Virus record (IMG/VR): IMGVR_UViG_3300035670_000147
Location: 9,294-73,293 of that record
Source of the DNA: a virus
Length of the DNA stretch: 64,000 bases
Strand: one strand, 5' to 3'
Part shown: piece after piece, positions 27,367 through 36,595 of the stretch
How the letters are laid out: each line of letters opens with the position of its first letter
Position numbering within the stretch: position 1 is the first letter of the stretch
Position numbers and translations under genes: made by a program
The notes under the pieces: generated by a model
Seen by the model: the letters and a program-made list of their open reading frames with translations, nothing else
Told to the model about the DNA's origin: nothing
Databases searched by the model: none

Positions 27367-29319
27367 GTGCTAAAAACCACCCTCGGCCAGTTAATGATTA
27401 ACGAAGCGCTTCCTGAAGACATGCGCGATTACGAGCGCGTGTTGGACAAGAAGACTATGGGCGCGCTGGCGACTGATCTGGCAAAACGATATCCGGATCG
27501 TTATCGCGAGGTGATGAAAAAAATTCACGACGTCTCTCGCGACGTGGCATACACGACGGGCGGTCTTTCGATGGGCTTGAAGGACATTCGCCCCACGTTT
27601 GCCAGCCAACACGCGCAAATTAAAGTGCGCAAAGAACTGCGGCAGATTCTGGCAGACACGAGTTTGTCAGACAAAGAACGCGAGTTGCGAATCCTCAAAC
27701 TCGCCGCCGAGACGCAGCAGAAACTTGTCGAAGACGTATTTAACGAAGCCCGCGACGCGAATAACCCGCTTGCCCATCAAGTGCTGGCCGGCGCGACTGG
27801 TAACAAATTCATGTTAAATTCGCTACTGGGCGCCGACCTGCAATACGTAGACCACCGCGACCAGCCGATTCCGCTGCCCGTAATGCGGAGTTACAGTCGG
27901 GGCTTAACTCCTGCAGAGTACTTCGCGGCGTCTTTCGGCACGCGTAAGGGTGTTATTGACGTAAAGACTGCCACAGCAGACGCCGGATTTTACGGCAAGC
28001 AACTAACGCAGATGGCGCACCGTTTACTCGTTACAGCCGACGATGACGACGACGAAGACAGGCTTAGAACTGCGCACAATCGCGGCCTGCCGTCCGACGT
28101 CGACGATCCGGACAACGAAGGCGCTTTTTTAGCGCGACCTGTGGGGCCATACAAGCGAAACACTGTACTGACGCCCAAAATTCTCAAAGATATCAAAGCG
28201 ATGGGCGTAAAAGATATTTTAGTGAGAAGCCCGCTCGTCGGTGGGCCAGAAGATGGCGGCGTGTACGCCAAAGACGTCGGATACCGCGAAAAAAGTCGGG
28301 TGCCGCCGGTCGGCGATTATGTCGGCATTGCCGCTGCGCAAGCGCTGTCTGAGCCAGTCTCGCAATCGCAACTATCGTCTAAGCACTCGGGCGGTGTTGG
28401 CGGCGCAAAGTCTATTTCTGGCTTCAAGGCTATCAACGCGCTAGTACAAGTGCCGCGCAAATATCCTGACGGCGCGACGCACGCTCAGCGCGAGGGTCGC
28501 GTGCAGGAAATACGCCCGGCGGCGCAGGGCGGATTTTATGTCACGGTAGACGGCGAAGATCATTACGTCCCGGCCGACCGGCAGGTCTCCGTAAAAAAAG
28601 GCGACGTGCTGGAGGCCGGCGACGTGCTGTCCGACGGCATGCCAAACCCGGCCGAAATTGTTAAGCACAAAGGCGTCGGCGAGGGCCGTAAATACTTTGT
28701 GCAGGCAATGCGCCAAGTTTTAGGCAACTCAGGTATCACCGCTCAGCGCCGAAACATTGAACTCGTGGCGCGGGGTTTGATTAATCACGTTCGGCTGACC
28801 GACGAATATGGCGATTACGCTCCGGACGACATTATTCCGTATTCCATGCTTGAGCGCTCGTGGCGCCCGCGCTCCGGAGCCGTGGCGTCAGCGCCCAGCG
28901 CGCTTGTAAATCATTATTTGGAAGAACCCGTACTGCACTACTCGGTCGGCACAAAAATAACAAAAAGCGTCGCTGACAATTTAAAGAAGTACGGTATTGC
29001 AACAGTGCAGGCTCACAAGCAGCCGCCGCCGTTCGAGTCAGAGATGGTGCGCGGCATGGCGAATATATCGAACGACCCCGACTGGATGACCCGCATGCTG
29101 GGTTCTTATCAGGAGCGCGGGTTTTTAAACAGTGTTCACCGCGGACTGGCCAGCGACACGGCCGGCAGCAGTTACGTTCCGGCGCTGGCACGAGGCGAAG
29201 AATTTGGCAATTCTGGCCCCACAAGCGGCTGGAAACCTGCGCCGCCCTCCGGTAGCATATTGCAGCCCGTCCCCAAGCCCCCGACAAGTCCGCTAGGCTC
29301 TGAGCCAAAAACACTGTAA
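27367..29319 (+). CDS. rpoC: Phage RNA polymerase beta' C-terminal subunit
   Basis: TTLGQLMINE; bridge helix GLTPAEYF...GTRKGVID...TADAGF; trigger loop VGIAAAQALSEPVSQ...KHSGG; RRNIELVAR. Confidence 0.9.
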   Translation: MLKTTLGQLMINEALPEDMRDYERVLDKKTMGALATDLAKRYPDRYREVMKKIHDVSRDVAYTTGGLSMGLKDIRPTFASQHAQIKVRKELRQILADTSLSDKERELRILKLAAETQQKLVEDVFNEARDANNPLAHQVLAGATGNKFMLNSLLGADLQYVDHRDQPIPLPVMRSYSRGLTPAEYFAASFGTRKGVIDVKTATADAGFYGKQLTQMAHRLLVTADDDDDEDRLRTAHNRGLPSDVDDPDNEGAFLARPVGPYKRNTVLTPKILKDIKAMGVKDILVRSPLVGGPEDGGVYAKDVGYREKSRVPPVGDYVGIAAAQALSEPVSQSQLSSKHSGGVGGAKSISGFKAINALVQVPRKYPDGATHAQREGRVQEIRPAAQGGFYVTVDGEDHYVPADRQVSVKKGDVLEAGDVLSDGMPNPAEIVKHKGVGEGRKYFVQAMRQVLGNSGITAQRRNIELVARGLINHVRLTDEYGDYAPDDIIPYSMLERSWRPRSGAVASAPSALVNHYLEEPVLHYSVGTKITKSVADNLKKYGIATVQAHKQPPPFESEMVRGMANISNDPDWMTRMLGSYQERGFLNSVHRGLASDTAGSSYVPALARGEEFGNSGPTSGWKPAPPSGSILQPVPKPPTSPLGSEPKTL

Positions 29320-29365
29320 ATTATTAGAGTTGCGAGTTTATATTTGCCGCATGGAGGTGGCGCAC

Positions 29366-31768
29366 GTGTATAACAAAAAGCAAAAAGAAGCGTCGGGAAA
29401 GCACTGGTTAAACGTTGTCCGGTCATATGACCGCACCCGCACCAAATCTGCCGAACTCGGCGGCCGCGGAGACGACGTAGCGTTTGAACAGGCTTTTTCG
29501 AACCTTGCGCACGCCTATCTCCGCGACGGCGCGCCGAAGTTGATGGACCACGAAATCGGTTTCCAACTTCTCGACCGCAACCGAGAAAACACAAAAGCCG
29601 TCGGCGTTTTTGCGTTTAAAGTCGGTTCCATGTGGTTGTACGCCCCGGTGTTCTTTTTGAACGGCGACCTCAAGGGCCACGAACTCCTGTACATCAAGAA
29701 TCAGGACATGTTCGTGCCGCTTAAGGAAAATTGGGTGAATTACCTTGTGAACCGCAAACCCAGCATTTTGGGGAGCGGCATCGACAAGAATTTAACGCAA
29801 TTTGGGCAGCGGCAGCCGGACTTCACGCAACTCTCGCGGAGCCCGGCCAAGTTCGGGTCCGCCCAGCCAACGCTGAAAGAGATGATGACCGCCGTGATGC
29901 CGACACTGGCCAAGACCGCCACGATGAACACCAAGTTGGCATTTGAAGAACTTGGTCACAAATTGAATCTCAAAGAGTTTTTGAAGCAGGCGGGGCTGGA
30001 AACAATTTCGGCGCTGGTGAAGACCTGCCAGTACGCGCCGCATCTCGCCGAGGCAATCGATGAATTTCACGGTTTAGATATTATTAGCGAAGCGATTAGC
30101 GCCGCGAACGCCCGCACCGCCGCCGCTAATCAAAAAGTTGCCAGCGTTTTGTCCGAGGCGCCCGATACGCCCAAGGCCATGGCGACATTAAAAGTCATTA
30201 CGTACGACGCAACAATGCAGACGGCGCTTCCTCCCGGGTATAGCGAGGAAGATCAAGAAAAATTATTGCGCGACGGAATTCTGATCAAGGACATCCGCGA
30301 TCGCGATAACGTTTCTGTGCCGTACAACATTCAGGTCGAAAAGAAGTTGTTCAACCCGACCGACAGCGGCCTCTACATGGTGCTAGTCAAGCCGGGCGAC
30401 GTCGAAAAATGCTACATCGCCGTACACCCGATGGGGTCGTGCAAGCGGAGCGACTTTGTCACCGTCGTGCGCACCGAAGGCACGCCCGAGTGGATCAACA
30501 TTCGAGCCGACCGCGTGTTCTGTTTAAGCCGGGTCGAGGGCGACGAGTTCGATTCTTGGTACAACGGGCTCCCCGACGCCGACAGCGTATCAAAGAGCGG
30601 GCGCTATATGGCAATTCACAAATGCGGCGACACCACAGTGCCGTTCCGCGTTTTGCGCGAATACGGCGACACAGAGTTTGGCGGCAACGCTTACGAAGTC
30701 CACATGGAAGATCGCTCTGATTTCCCGCCCAAAGGCCACATTAGCGGCTGCGGCTACACCGACGCATTAAACTACGACAAGTATCGCGACGGGGTGCGTG
30801 TCCACTTAAAAGGCAAGGGCGGCTCTAAACTTCGCGTCAGCATGGGCGACGTCTTTGTGCCGGAAGGCTATAAGTTACTGAAATGCGCCCCCGGCGAAGA
30901 CGATCAGACAAGCGCTGACGGCCAAGAGGCGTGCGGCTGTGGCGAGAGCAAAAACCCGCCGCTGATGCCGGGCAACCTCGCGGACGCGCAGTTGTCGCTC
31001 ATGCAAAAATTAGGCAGTGTCACGATTTATCACAACGGCACGGCCGTAGAAATTCATAGCCCCAAAAAGCAACTCGTTGAAAAAGAACTGTCGGAGAAGC
31101 AGGCGTTGGCGTCTCTGGTCGAGCGCCACGGGTTACGCGAAGAAGCCGCCCGAACGTTGCTCGACAACGCAAAAGCCCGCCGTAAGTTTTCTTGTCACAT
31201 CAAGTACGCCAATCCGTACGGCAGCCCGATGATGATTCAAAACGCCCCAACAGCCCCGGCCGACCCCGGCCCGGTTATGGGCGGCGAAACTATCATGGGA
31301 ACCAGCGTGCCGACACAACTTGGCATCGATGTCGGCGTGCCGGTGCCGGGGATGTCCGCCAGCCAAACAGATCGCAGCGTGTATAACCCGAATACAGAGT
31401 TAGATCAAAACTCCGTGAAACAGGTTCTTGACGCGGCGCAAACCGGTCAGCGCGAAGTATTTGATACTGCGATGATCGGTACGATGCTGCGCGCCGTGCG
31501 GGACGACGGCCTTGTTGACCGTTATATGGGCGAGTTGACGAAGGGCCTCGATAAGTTGGGCCGCATTTTGTTTATGTTTTACTGGCACGGCGACCGGTTT
31601 GCCGATCGCTACGGCAAGGCTGACATGCCGGAATTAGAGGATTCGTTGCGCAACGCGTTTGAAATGTTGGGCGACGTAATTTTGTTCCTCAAGCAAAAGA
31701 CGATCGAACCGTACCCTGAAGAAGAGTCGCAAGACGTCGATCTCGGCGCCGCGGCTGGCGCATCGTAA
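29366..31768 (+). CDS. Large head-associated protein with K-x-A sites
   Basis: GTG start after a GGAGG hairpin; TKSA, AKTA, TKLA, LKQA, QKVA, IKYA; lies in the head module. Confidence 0.6.
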   Translation: MYNKKQKEASGKHWLNVVRSYDRTRTKSAELGGRGDDVAFEQAFSNLAHAYLRDGAPKLMDHEIGFQLLDRNRENTKAVGVFAFKVGSMWLYAPVFFLNGDLKGHELLYIKNQDMFVPLKENWVNYLVNRKPSILGSGIDKNLTQFGQRQPDFTQLSRSPAKFGSAQPTLKEMMTAVMPTLAKTATMNTKLAFEELGHKLNLKEFLKQAGLETISALVKTCQYAPHLAEAIDEFHGLDIISEAISAANARTAAANQKVASVLSEAPDTPKAMATLKVITYDATMQTALPPGYSEEDQEKLLRDGILIKDIRDRDNVSVPYNIQVEKKLFNPTDSGLYMVLVKPGDVEKCYIAVHPMGSCKRSDFVTVVRTEGTPEWINIRADRVFCLSRVEGDEFDSWYNGLPDADSVSKSGRYMAIHKCGDTTVPFRVLREYGDTEFGGNAYEVHMEDRSDFPPKGHISGCGYTDALNYDKYRDGVRVHLKGKGGSKLRVSMGDVFVPEGYKLLKCAPGEDDQTSADGQEACGCGESKNPPLMPGNLADAQLSLMQKLGSVTIYHNGTAVEIHSPKKQLVEKELSEKQALASLVERHGLREEAARTLLDNAKARRKFSCHIKYANPYGSPMMIQNAPTAPADPGPVMGGETIMGTSVPTQLGIDVGVPVPGMSASQTDRSVYNPNTELDQNSVKQVLDAAQTGQREVFDTAMIGTMLRAVRDDGLVDRYMGELTKGLDKLGRILFMFYWHGDRFADRYGKADMPELEDSLRNAFEMLGDVILFLKQKTIEPYPEEESQDVDLGAAAGAS

Positions 31769-31778
31769 TAGGTGAAAA

Positions 31779-32177
31779 ATGGCAAATACAGTCTGGTCCG
31801 GTAAAAAAGAATTTACAGCAGTTAGCGGCGCCGAGACGGTAGTTTCCGTGCCGGCGCCTGCCCGCGGAGAACTGCGCGGCTACACGCTTGTGCAGTTAGA
31901 CGGTGCGGCCGCGGGTATTACGGCGTCGCTGTATACCAGCACAAAATCCCCTGAAGAGATTTATCATTTAGTTAATCTCAGCACGGCGGCTACTGTAACT
32001 TCTGATTCTGATGTCGTGGCTATCTTAGAAAACAATAGCCTCTCTATTGCTTATCAAAATCGTGACGGAACGCCGTCGCTGCATCAGCGGTATTTGTACC
32101 TCAAAATTACACCCGCGGGCACCGGCACAAAGTCTTTTGTGCTGTCGATTACGGTGGAAGATTCGCGGGTTAAGTAA
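31779..32177 (+). CDS. Small beta-rich structural protein
   Basis: 132 aa, Thr/Ser/Val-rich. Confidence 0.5.
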   Translation: MANTVWSGKKEFTAVSGAETVVSVPAPARGELRGYTLVQLDGAAAGITASLYTSTKSPEEIYHLVNLSTAATVTSDSDVVAILENNSLSIAYQNRDGTPSLHQRYLYLKITPAGTGTKSFVLSITVEDSRVK

Positions 32178-32198
32178 TACTGGCTTGGCAACAGCGCT

Positions 32199-33146
32199 AT
32201 GTCGGCGTCGCACATTTTAAACCCCTCGTTTCGCGACAATCCGTGCCGCGCCCCGCACTGGAAGTGGCTTCGCGTACAAGAAATTGACGCCGGCGGTCAG
32301 CGGGCGACCCGCGCCATCGACGGCCCCGACGGATTTACGTGGATTCGGCGGGCCGTGCGAATGAAGCGGCGTTACGAGCGCGCGGGTAATCGCCGAGACG
32401 CGATGCACGCGCTCATTCTGCGCGATAAAGAGTTATTCTGGGCGCACTCGATCTGGCTGGCCGAAAAGAATCCCGTGCGCTGGGGTATCGAGGCGCGCGT
32501 ACTGGCCGGCGAAACAAACGAAGAAATTGCCAAAAAGGTTGGGACGGACCCGGGCGTAATTGACGCTTACATAAGCGTGTTTTTCGACGTCCGGGACCGG
32601 CTGCAGAATCTTGATTATGTGCAAAACGTGATTATGGCGGATGCCGTGACGCGGGGGCTTCAGGAGCGGCACTACGACCTACTTTGGAAACTGCTCGGGT
32701 TTAAGGGCGGGCAGCATGTACTTGACGCCGTTATTAACCGCGGCACAGACGTCGCCAAGCCAACTTCGTCAGACGGCGTAGGTACGTTTTTCCAAGACTT
32801 TGCAATTAGTTCTATGAAGTACAAAGCAGCCTTGGCGAGCCTGACGGTACAGGTCAACACTCACACGCAACTGCCGCTTATTGAGTCGTTTGTGAAGTAC
32901 GTTGAAATCGAGAAAAACAGCGATAACGCAATGAAAGCCCAGTCGTCAATCGTCGATAACATCGGCGTAATGTTGACGTCTTTGCCGTTCAAAATTGGCA
33001 CAAAACTGGATTCCGAGGGTGCAAAAATGTTACCCTTTGATAACGGCGCAGCAGAATTGCGCGGCGACGAAATGCTGGTTATTTCTGCCGGCGGGCAACT
33101 TGAGAATACCGCCGATATCCAAAAATTAAGTTTCCCGGGAGATTAA
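32199..33146 (+). CDS. Hypothetical protein (possible HTH: TNEEIAKKVGT)
   Basis: 315-aa ORF. Confidence 0.6.
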   Translation: MSASHILNPSFRDNPCRAPHWKWLRVQEIDAGGQRATRAIDGPDGFTWIRRAVRMKRRYERAGNRRDAMHALILRDKELFWAHSIWLAEKNPVRWGIEARVLAGETNEEIAKKVGTDPGVIDAYISVFFDVRDRLQNLDYVQNVIMADAVTRGLQERHYDLLWKLLGFKGGQHVLDAVINRGTDVAKPTSSDGVGTFFQDFAISSMKYKAALASLTVQVNTHTQLPLIESFVKYVEIEKNSDNAMKAQSSIVDNIGVMLTSLPFKIGTKLDSEGAKMLPFDNGAAELRGDEMLVISAGGQLENTADIQKLSFPGD

Positions 33147-33147
33147 C

Positions 33148-35082
33148 ATGCGTTCACTCAGCAAGGAAGCCGAGCAAAAATTAATTGGCGCGATCGAAAA
33201 GGCCGCCACGCTCGTTAACGAAGGCGCGACCCCGACAGACGCAATTATCAAAAGCGCGCGCGAACACGATATTCCGTCGGGCCACATTAACCTTATGGTG
33301 CACGCTTACAACACCGGGCGCACCACGACGCAACGAGAAAAAGGAGAAAGCACGCTGGAAAAAGCGGCGGAATTTCCGTTGGCAGACGTTAAAGACGTGT
33401 TAAACGCCCTGTATCCCGAAACGGTAAAGTCCTCGTCTGAGATTAAGCGCGCAGAGGCGGTCTCCACGGAGTATGCGCTGCCAGTCGCTGGCATGCTGGC
33501 CCGCCGGCGCGGAGAGATGCAAAAGGCCGCTGCGGCTCAAGTCGCGCTGCCAGAAAAGACTTGGACGCCGCCACCGCGCGACGCCCACGCGGCTGTCATG
33601 CGCGCGCAAAGCGAAAAAGTTGCGGCGCAGCGGGCGGAAGAAGAAAAACGGCGGCAAGCGTCAGCGGCGTACAGCAAGGCCGCCGCCGCCATGGATGAAA
33701 TAAATATTTATTTCAGGACGCCCGGCAACATGCTATTCGGCGACGCTGTCCGAGAAGTTGGCTTACGGTTCGGCGACCCGGGTGTTTCAGTGCTGCAAAA
33801 AGTTGCGGCCGTATACCCGCACTTTACGAAACAGGCAGATAGCAAGAAAGCGCACTTTGGCGCAGACCCTGTTTACGAGTTGGTGCAAAATGTTCTGGAC
33901 GCGGTAGGTGCGTATAACAGCGCGCAAGGAGCCGTAGTCACAAAAAAATCTGAAGCGGTCAGTAAGAAAACCGCACCAGAATTTCTTACAGGCTCGATCC
34001 TGACAGCGATTCAAGAAGCGCCGCTGACATTAAAAGCCGCCGAAAGAAAAGGCGGCCCGGGAACGAACCCGCTCGGCGACCGAGCCAAGAACACGAACAA
34101 GCAGCCGCCAAAAGACAAGACGCCCCATATACCCTCGTTAAAGTCTACTCCCAAGCGTGAAGAGCCAGAGCCCGCCCCCGGCCCGGCACCGTCAGCGAAT
34201 ATTGACCCTCGCACAGCCGTTGACGGCCCGGATGACTGGGACGTGGGACCGACCCCCGAATTAGACGCGGCACTCGAAGAAATATCTTTTGGAGAGCAGT
34301 TAGACCGGAATAGGGCCGACGCAGCCGCGCGCAACCAAGAATACGCGCGGCAAAAAATGCTTGACGAAGCCAGCGAATACGAACGCGCCGAAAAAGAAAA
34401 ACTGCAAGACGCTTTATTTAACGAAAGCGAAACAAAGCGTGTGCAGCAAGAGCGGGACGAGGCGTATGCCAGAAAACTTCGGGACGAAGACTTGGCCGAC
34501 GACGCCGCGGCCGCAGAACAACTGAAAGCCGAGCAAGCACAAGCCGCCGAAACAAAGAAACAACGGCAAGAAACTTGGAGCAAAGGTAAAGACATCGGCA
34601 AAAACTTTGGCGAAGGTGTTAGCAAAACCATTAAAGACACGGTCGGCGAGCCGCTGACCGGGCCGGCAAAATTTATTGGACAACTGCTCGGGGCGAAGGA
34701 CCTGAGCGCCCTATCACCCATTAAAGATAAAGACCCGAAAAGCATGCTGCGCGAGCAGTATCAACAACTCACTGATCCAAGCCACGAAAATGCTCTCAAG
34801 ACAATTCGCGCAAAAAGCATTGTCCACGACATGGTGCTAAACGACCCAGTTATCTCGGGTTACGACCCGCAAGACGTCGCGATGGCATTTAACGAGATTG
34901 CGGAGTTGGCTCCGAGCCTCATTGACGCCCCGGGCATGATCCGCCCGCTGCTGCGTAAGCGCTTAGAGTCGGGACAGTTGGCCGACTTTGACGTTAAGCA
35001 AATTTTGGAGATGGACAAACTCCGGGCCGACCGCGATAAGACTTTGATGGACGTCAAAGACAAAACTCTCAACCTGCTGTAG
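33148..35082 (+). CDS. Coiled-coil head-associated protein with many K-x-A sites
   Basis: IKSA, EKAA, IKRA, QKAA, EKVA, QKVA, TKQA, KKTA, LKAA. Confidence 0.6.
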   Translation: MRSLSKEAEQKLIGAIEKAATLVNEGATPTDAIIKSAREHDIPSGHINLMVHAYNTGRTTTQREKGESTLEKAAEFPLADVKDVLNALYPETVKSSSEIKRAEAVSTEYALPVAGMLARRRGEMQKAAAAQVALPEKTWTPPPRDAHAAVMRAQSEKVAAQRAEEEKRRQASAAYSKAAAAMDEINIYFRTPGNMLFGDAVREVGLRFGDPGVSVLQKVAAVYPHFTKQADSKKAHFGADPVYELVQNVLDAVGAYNSAQGAVVTKKSEAVSKKTAPEFLTGSILTAIQEAPLTLKAAERKGGPGTNPLGDRAKNTNKQPPKDKTPHIPSLKSTPKREEPEPAPGPAPSANIDPRTAVDGPDDWDVGPTPELDAALEEISFGEQLDRNRADAAARNQEYARQKMLDEASEYERAEKEKLQDALFNESETKRVQQERDEAYARKLRDEDLADDAAAAEQLKAEQAQAAETKKQRQETWSKGKDIGKNFGEGVSKTIKDTVGEPLTGPAKFIGQLLGAKDLSALSPIKDKDPKSMLREQYQQLTDPSHENALKTIRAKSIVHDMVLNDPVISGYDPQDVAMAFNEIAELAPSLIDAPGMIRPLLRKRLESGQLADFDVKQILEMDKLRADRDKTLMDVKDKTLNLL

Positions 35083-35090
35083 GGCTAACT

Positions 35091-36548
35091 ATGAGCATGA
35101 TTAAAGTCATTCAGCCGCACTCGCAAGAGTTTAGCGAGCCGGTCGCCGCGCTGATTAAAGTTTCAAGTCGGGGCATTATTGGCCACGACAAGCAAGCGTT
35201 TGTAAAGCGCGCCGGGGCAGAGTTCGTCGAAAAAGTATCGCACATTAAATTCGCAAAAGATGAAGTTCCTGTGCACCTGATCGCTATCGGCGCCACTGAA
35301 GATTACGGGCCCAACCGCAACGGCGACGGGTTTAGCCGAGACACTTGCAAAAAAGATCATCATACGTTTGAGAAGTTAGCGCGGTTTTATCGTGACCACG
35401 CCAACAAAAACCCGGCTAAAAGTTTCGGGATTGTAAAGGCGTCGTACTACAACGAGCCAATGAAGCGCATCGAATTGATCTGCGCGCTAAACGGGTCAAA
35501 AGAGGCCGCCGATCGAAACGGCGGACTTCTTGCCGACAAAGAGATGGAAAAACTCTCGTCAGGCAAGGACATCCCCGTGTCCATGGCTTGCAAAATTCCT
35601 TTTGATATTTGCTCGGCCTGCGGCAATAAAGCCCGGACGCGCGCCGAATACTGCGACTCGATTGAAAACGGCGGACACTGTAAGGCGGGCGGGTTAAAAC
35701 ACAATATGGGTCGTGTGCTGGAAGACGGCCACATCCTTCACGCCGACAACATTAAATGCGCTTTTTTCGACATCTCTCACGTTTTCAGGCCCGCCGACCG
35801 GATCGCGTATGTATCAGGCCGGCTGGAAAAGGCGGCCTCAGCAGGGATCATTTCCGGCGCAGAACTTGCCGAGCAAATGGGGGTCACGATGCCGTTTGGG
35901 CTCGACTCTGCCGCGGCGTCGAAACAGGCAGCGAGGCAATTTAACGCGCTGCAGCAACTGGCCCAAGCCGAGCAAGAAGGCGTTAACAACTCGGCCGGCT
36001 GGACGCAGGCTGCGCTTGCCAGTCACCCAGCCGTGCAACCCCCGCTCGATGTAAATTCGTGCCCGTTTGCTAAAATGGCCGAAGTGCTGCGAGGACTTGC
36101 CGACGCTGGCGTGATCTTGTCAGTGCGGGATTTCTTGGCACTTACGGTAAAATCTGCTAATGTAAAACTTGTTGATGCAGTGACTTATGCGCTGCCCAAC
36201 ATTTTTTCCAAACTTGCGGCAGAAGAAGATATCGGTTCATTACTCGAAAACAACAAGTTCTATCCGGCAGAAGGGGCGTCAGAGTCCGTACGACTTTGGG
36301 CCGAAAAGGTCGCGACCACACACAGCGCGCTAACCCCTAATGTCGAAAAACGAGCGTATTTGGCCGCAATTCGCAACGTTAAACCTGTAAAACCAGAAAT
36401 AGAAAAGCGGGCGAGCACCAACGCAGAAATTGCACTTGCGAAGCATTACGCTTTGTATAAGATTGCTGCATTCGCTGCCGCCGGCGAAAAATATCAGAAT
36501 AACTTGTTGACAGCAAACCACTGTGTAATGCAAAATTATGTCACGTGA
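35091..36548 (+). CDS. Putative prohead maturation protease
   Basis: NRNGDGF, RDH, VSMACKIPFDICSACGN, FFDISHV..PAD (His/Ser layout of HK97/assemblin-type head proteases); directly upstream of scaffold and capsid genes. Confidence 0.65.
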   Translation: MSMIKVIQPHSQEFSEPVAALIKVSSRGIIGHDKQAFVKRAGAEFVEKVSHIKFAKDEVPVHLIAIGATEDYGPNRNGDGFSRDTCKKDHHTFEKLARFYRDHANKNPAKSFGIVKASYYNEPMKRIELICALNGSKEAADRNGGLLADKEMEKLSSGKDIPVSMACKIPFDICSACGNKARTRAEYCDSIENGGHCKAGGLKHNMGRVLEDGHILHADNIKCAFFDISHVFRPADRIAYVSGRLEKAASAGIISGAELAEQMGVTMPFGLDSAAASKQAARQFNALQQLAQAEQEGVNNSAGWTQAALASHPAVQPPLDVNSCPFAKMAEVLRGLADAGVILSVRDFLALTVKSANVKLVDAVTYALPNIFSKLAAEEDIGSLLENNKFYPAEGASESVRLWAEKVATTHSALTPNVEKRAYLAAIRNVKPVKPEIEKRASTNAEIALAKHYALYKIAAFAAAGEKYQNNLLTANHCVMQNYVT

Positions 36549-36595
36549 ACAAGACGCTAACTGCTAATAACAGTTAGGCCTTAAAGGAGATAAAC

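Noticed and set aside
21967-29319. Host chromosomal rpoBC operon, or an intron/intein splitting beta'
   Set aside because: There are no ribosomal protein or nusG neighbours, the sequence is strongly diverged and the context is phage structural genes. The intervening 26404-27366 region holds two ordinary ORFs without homing-endonuclease or splicing motifs.
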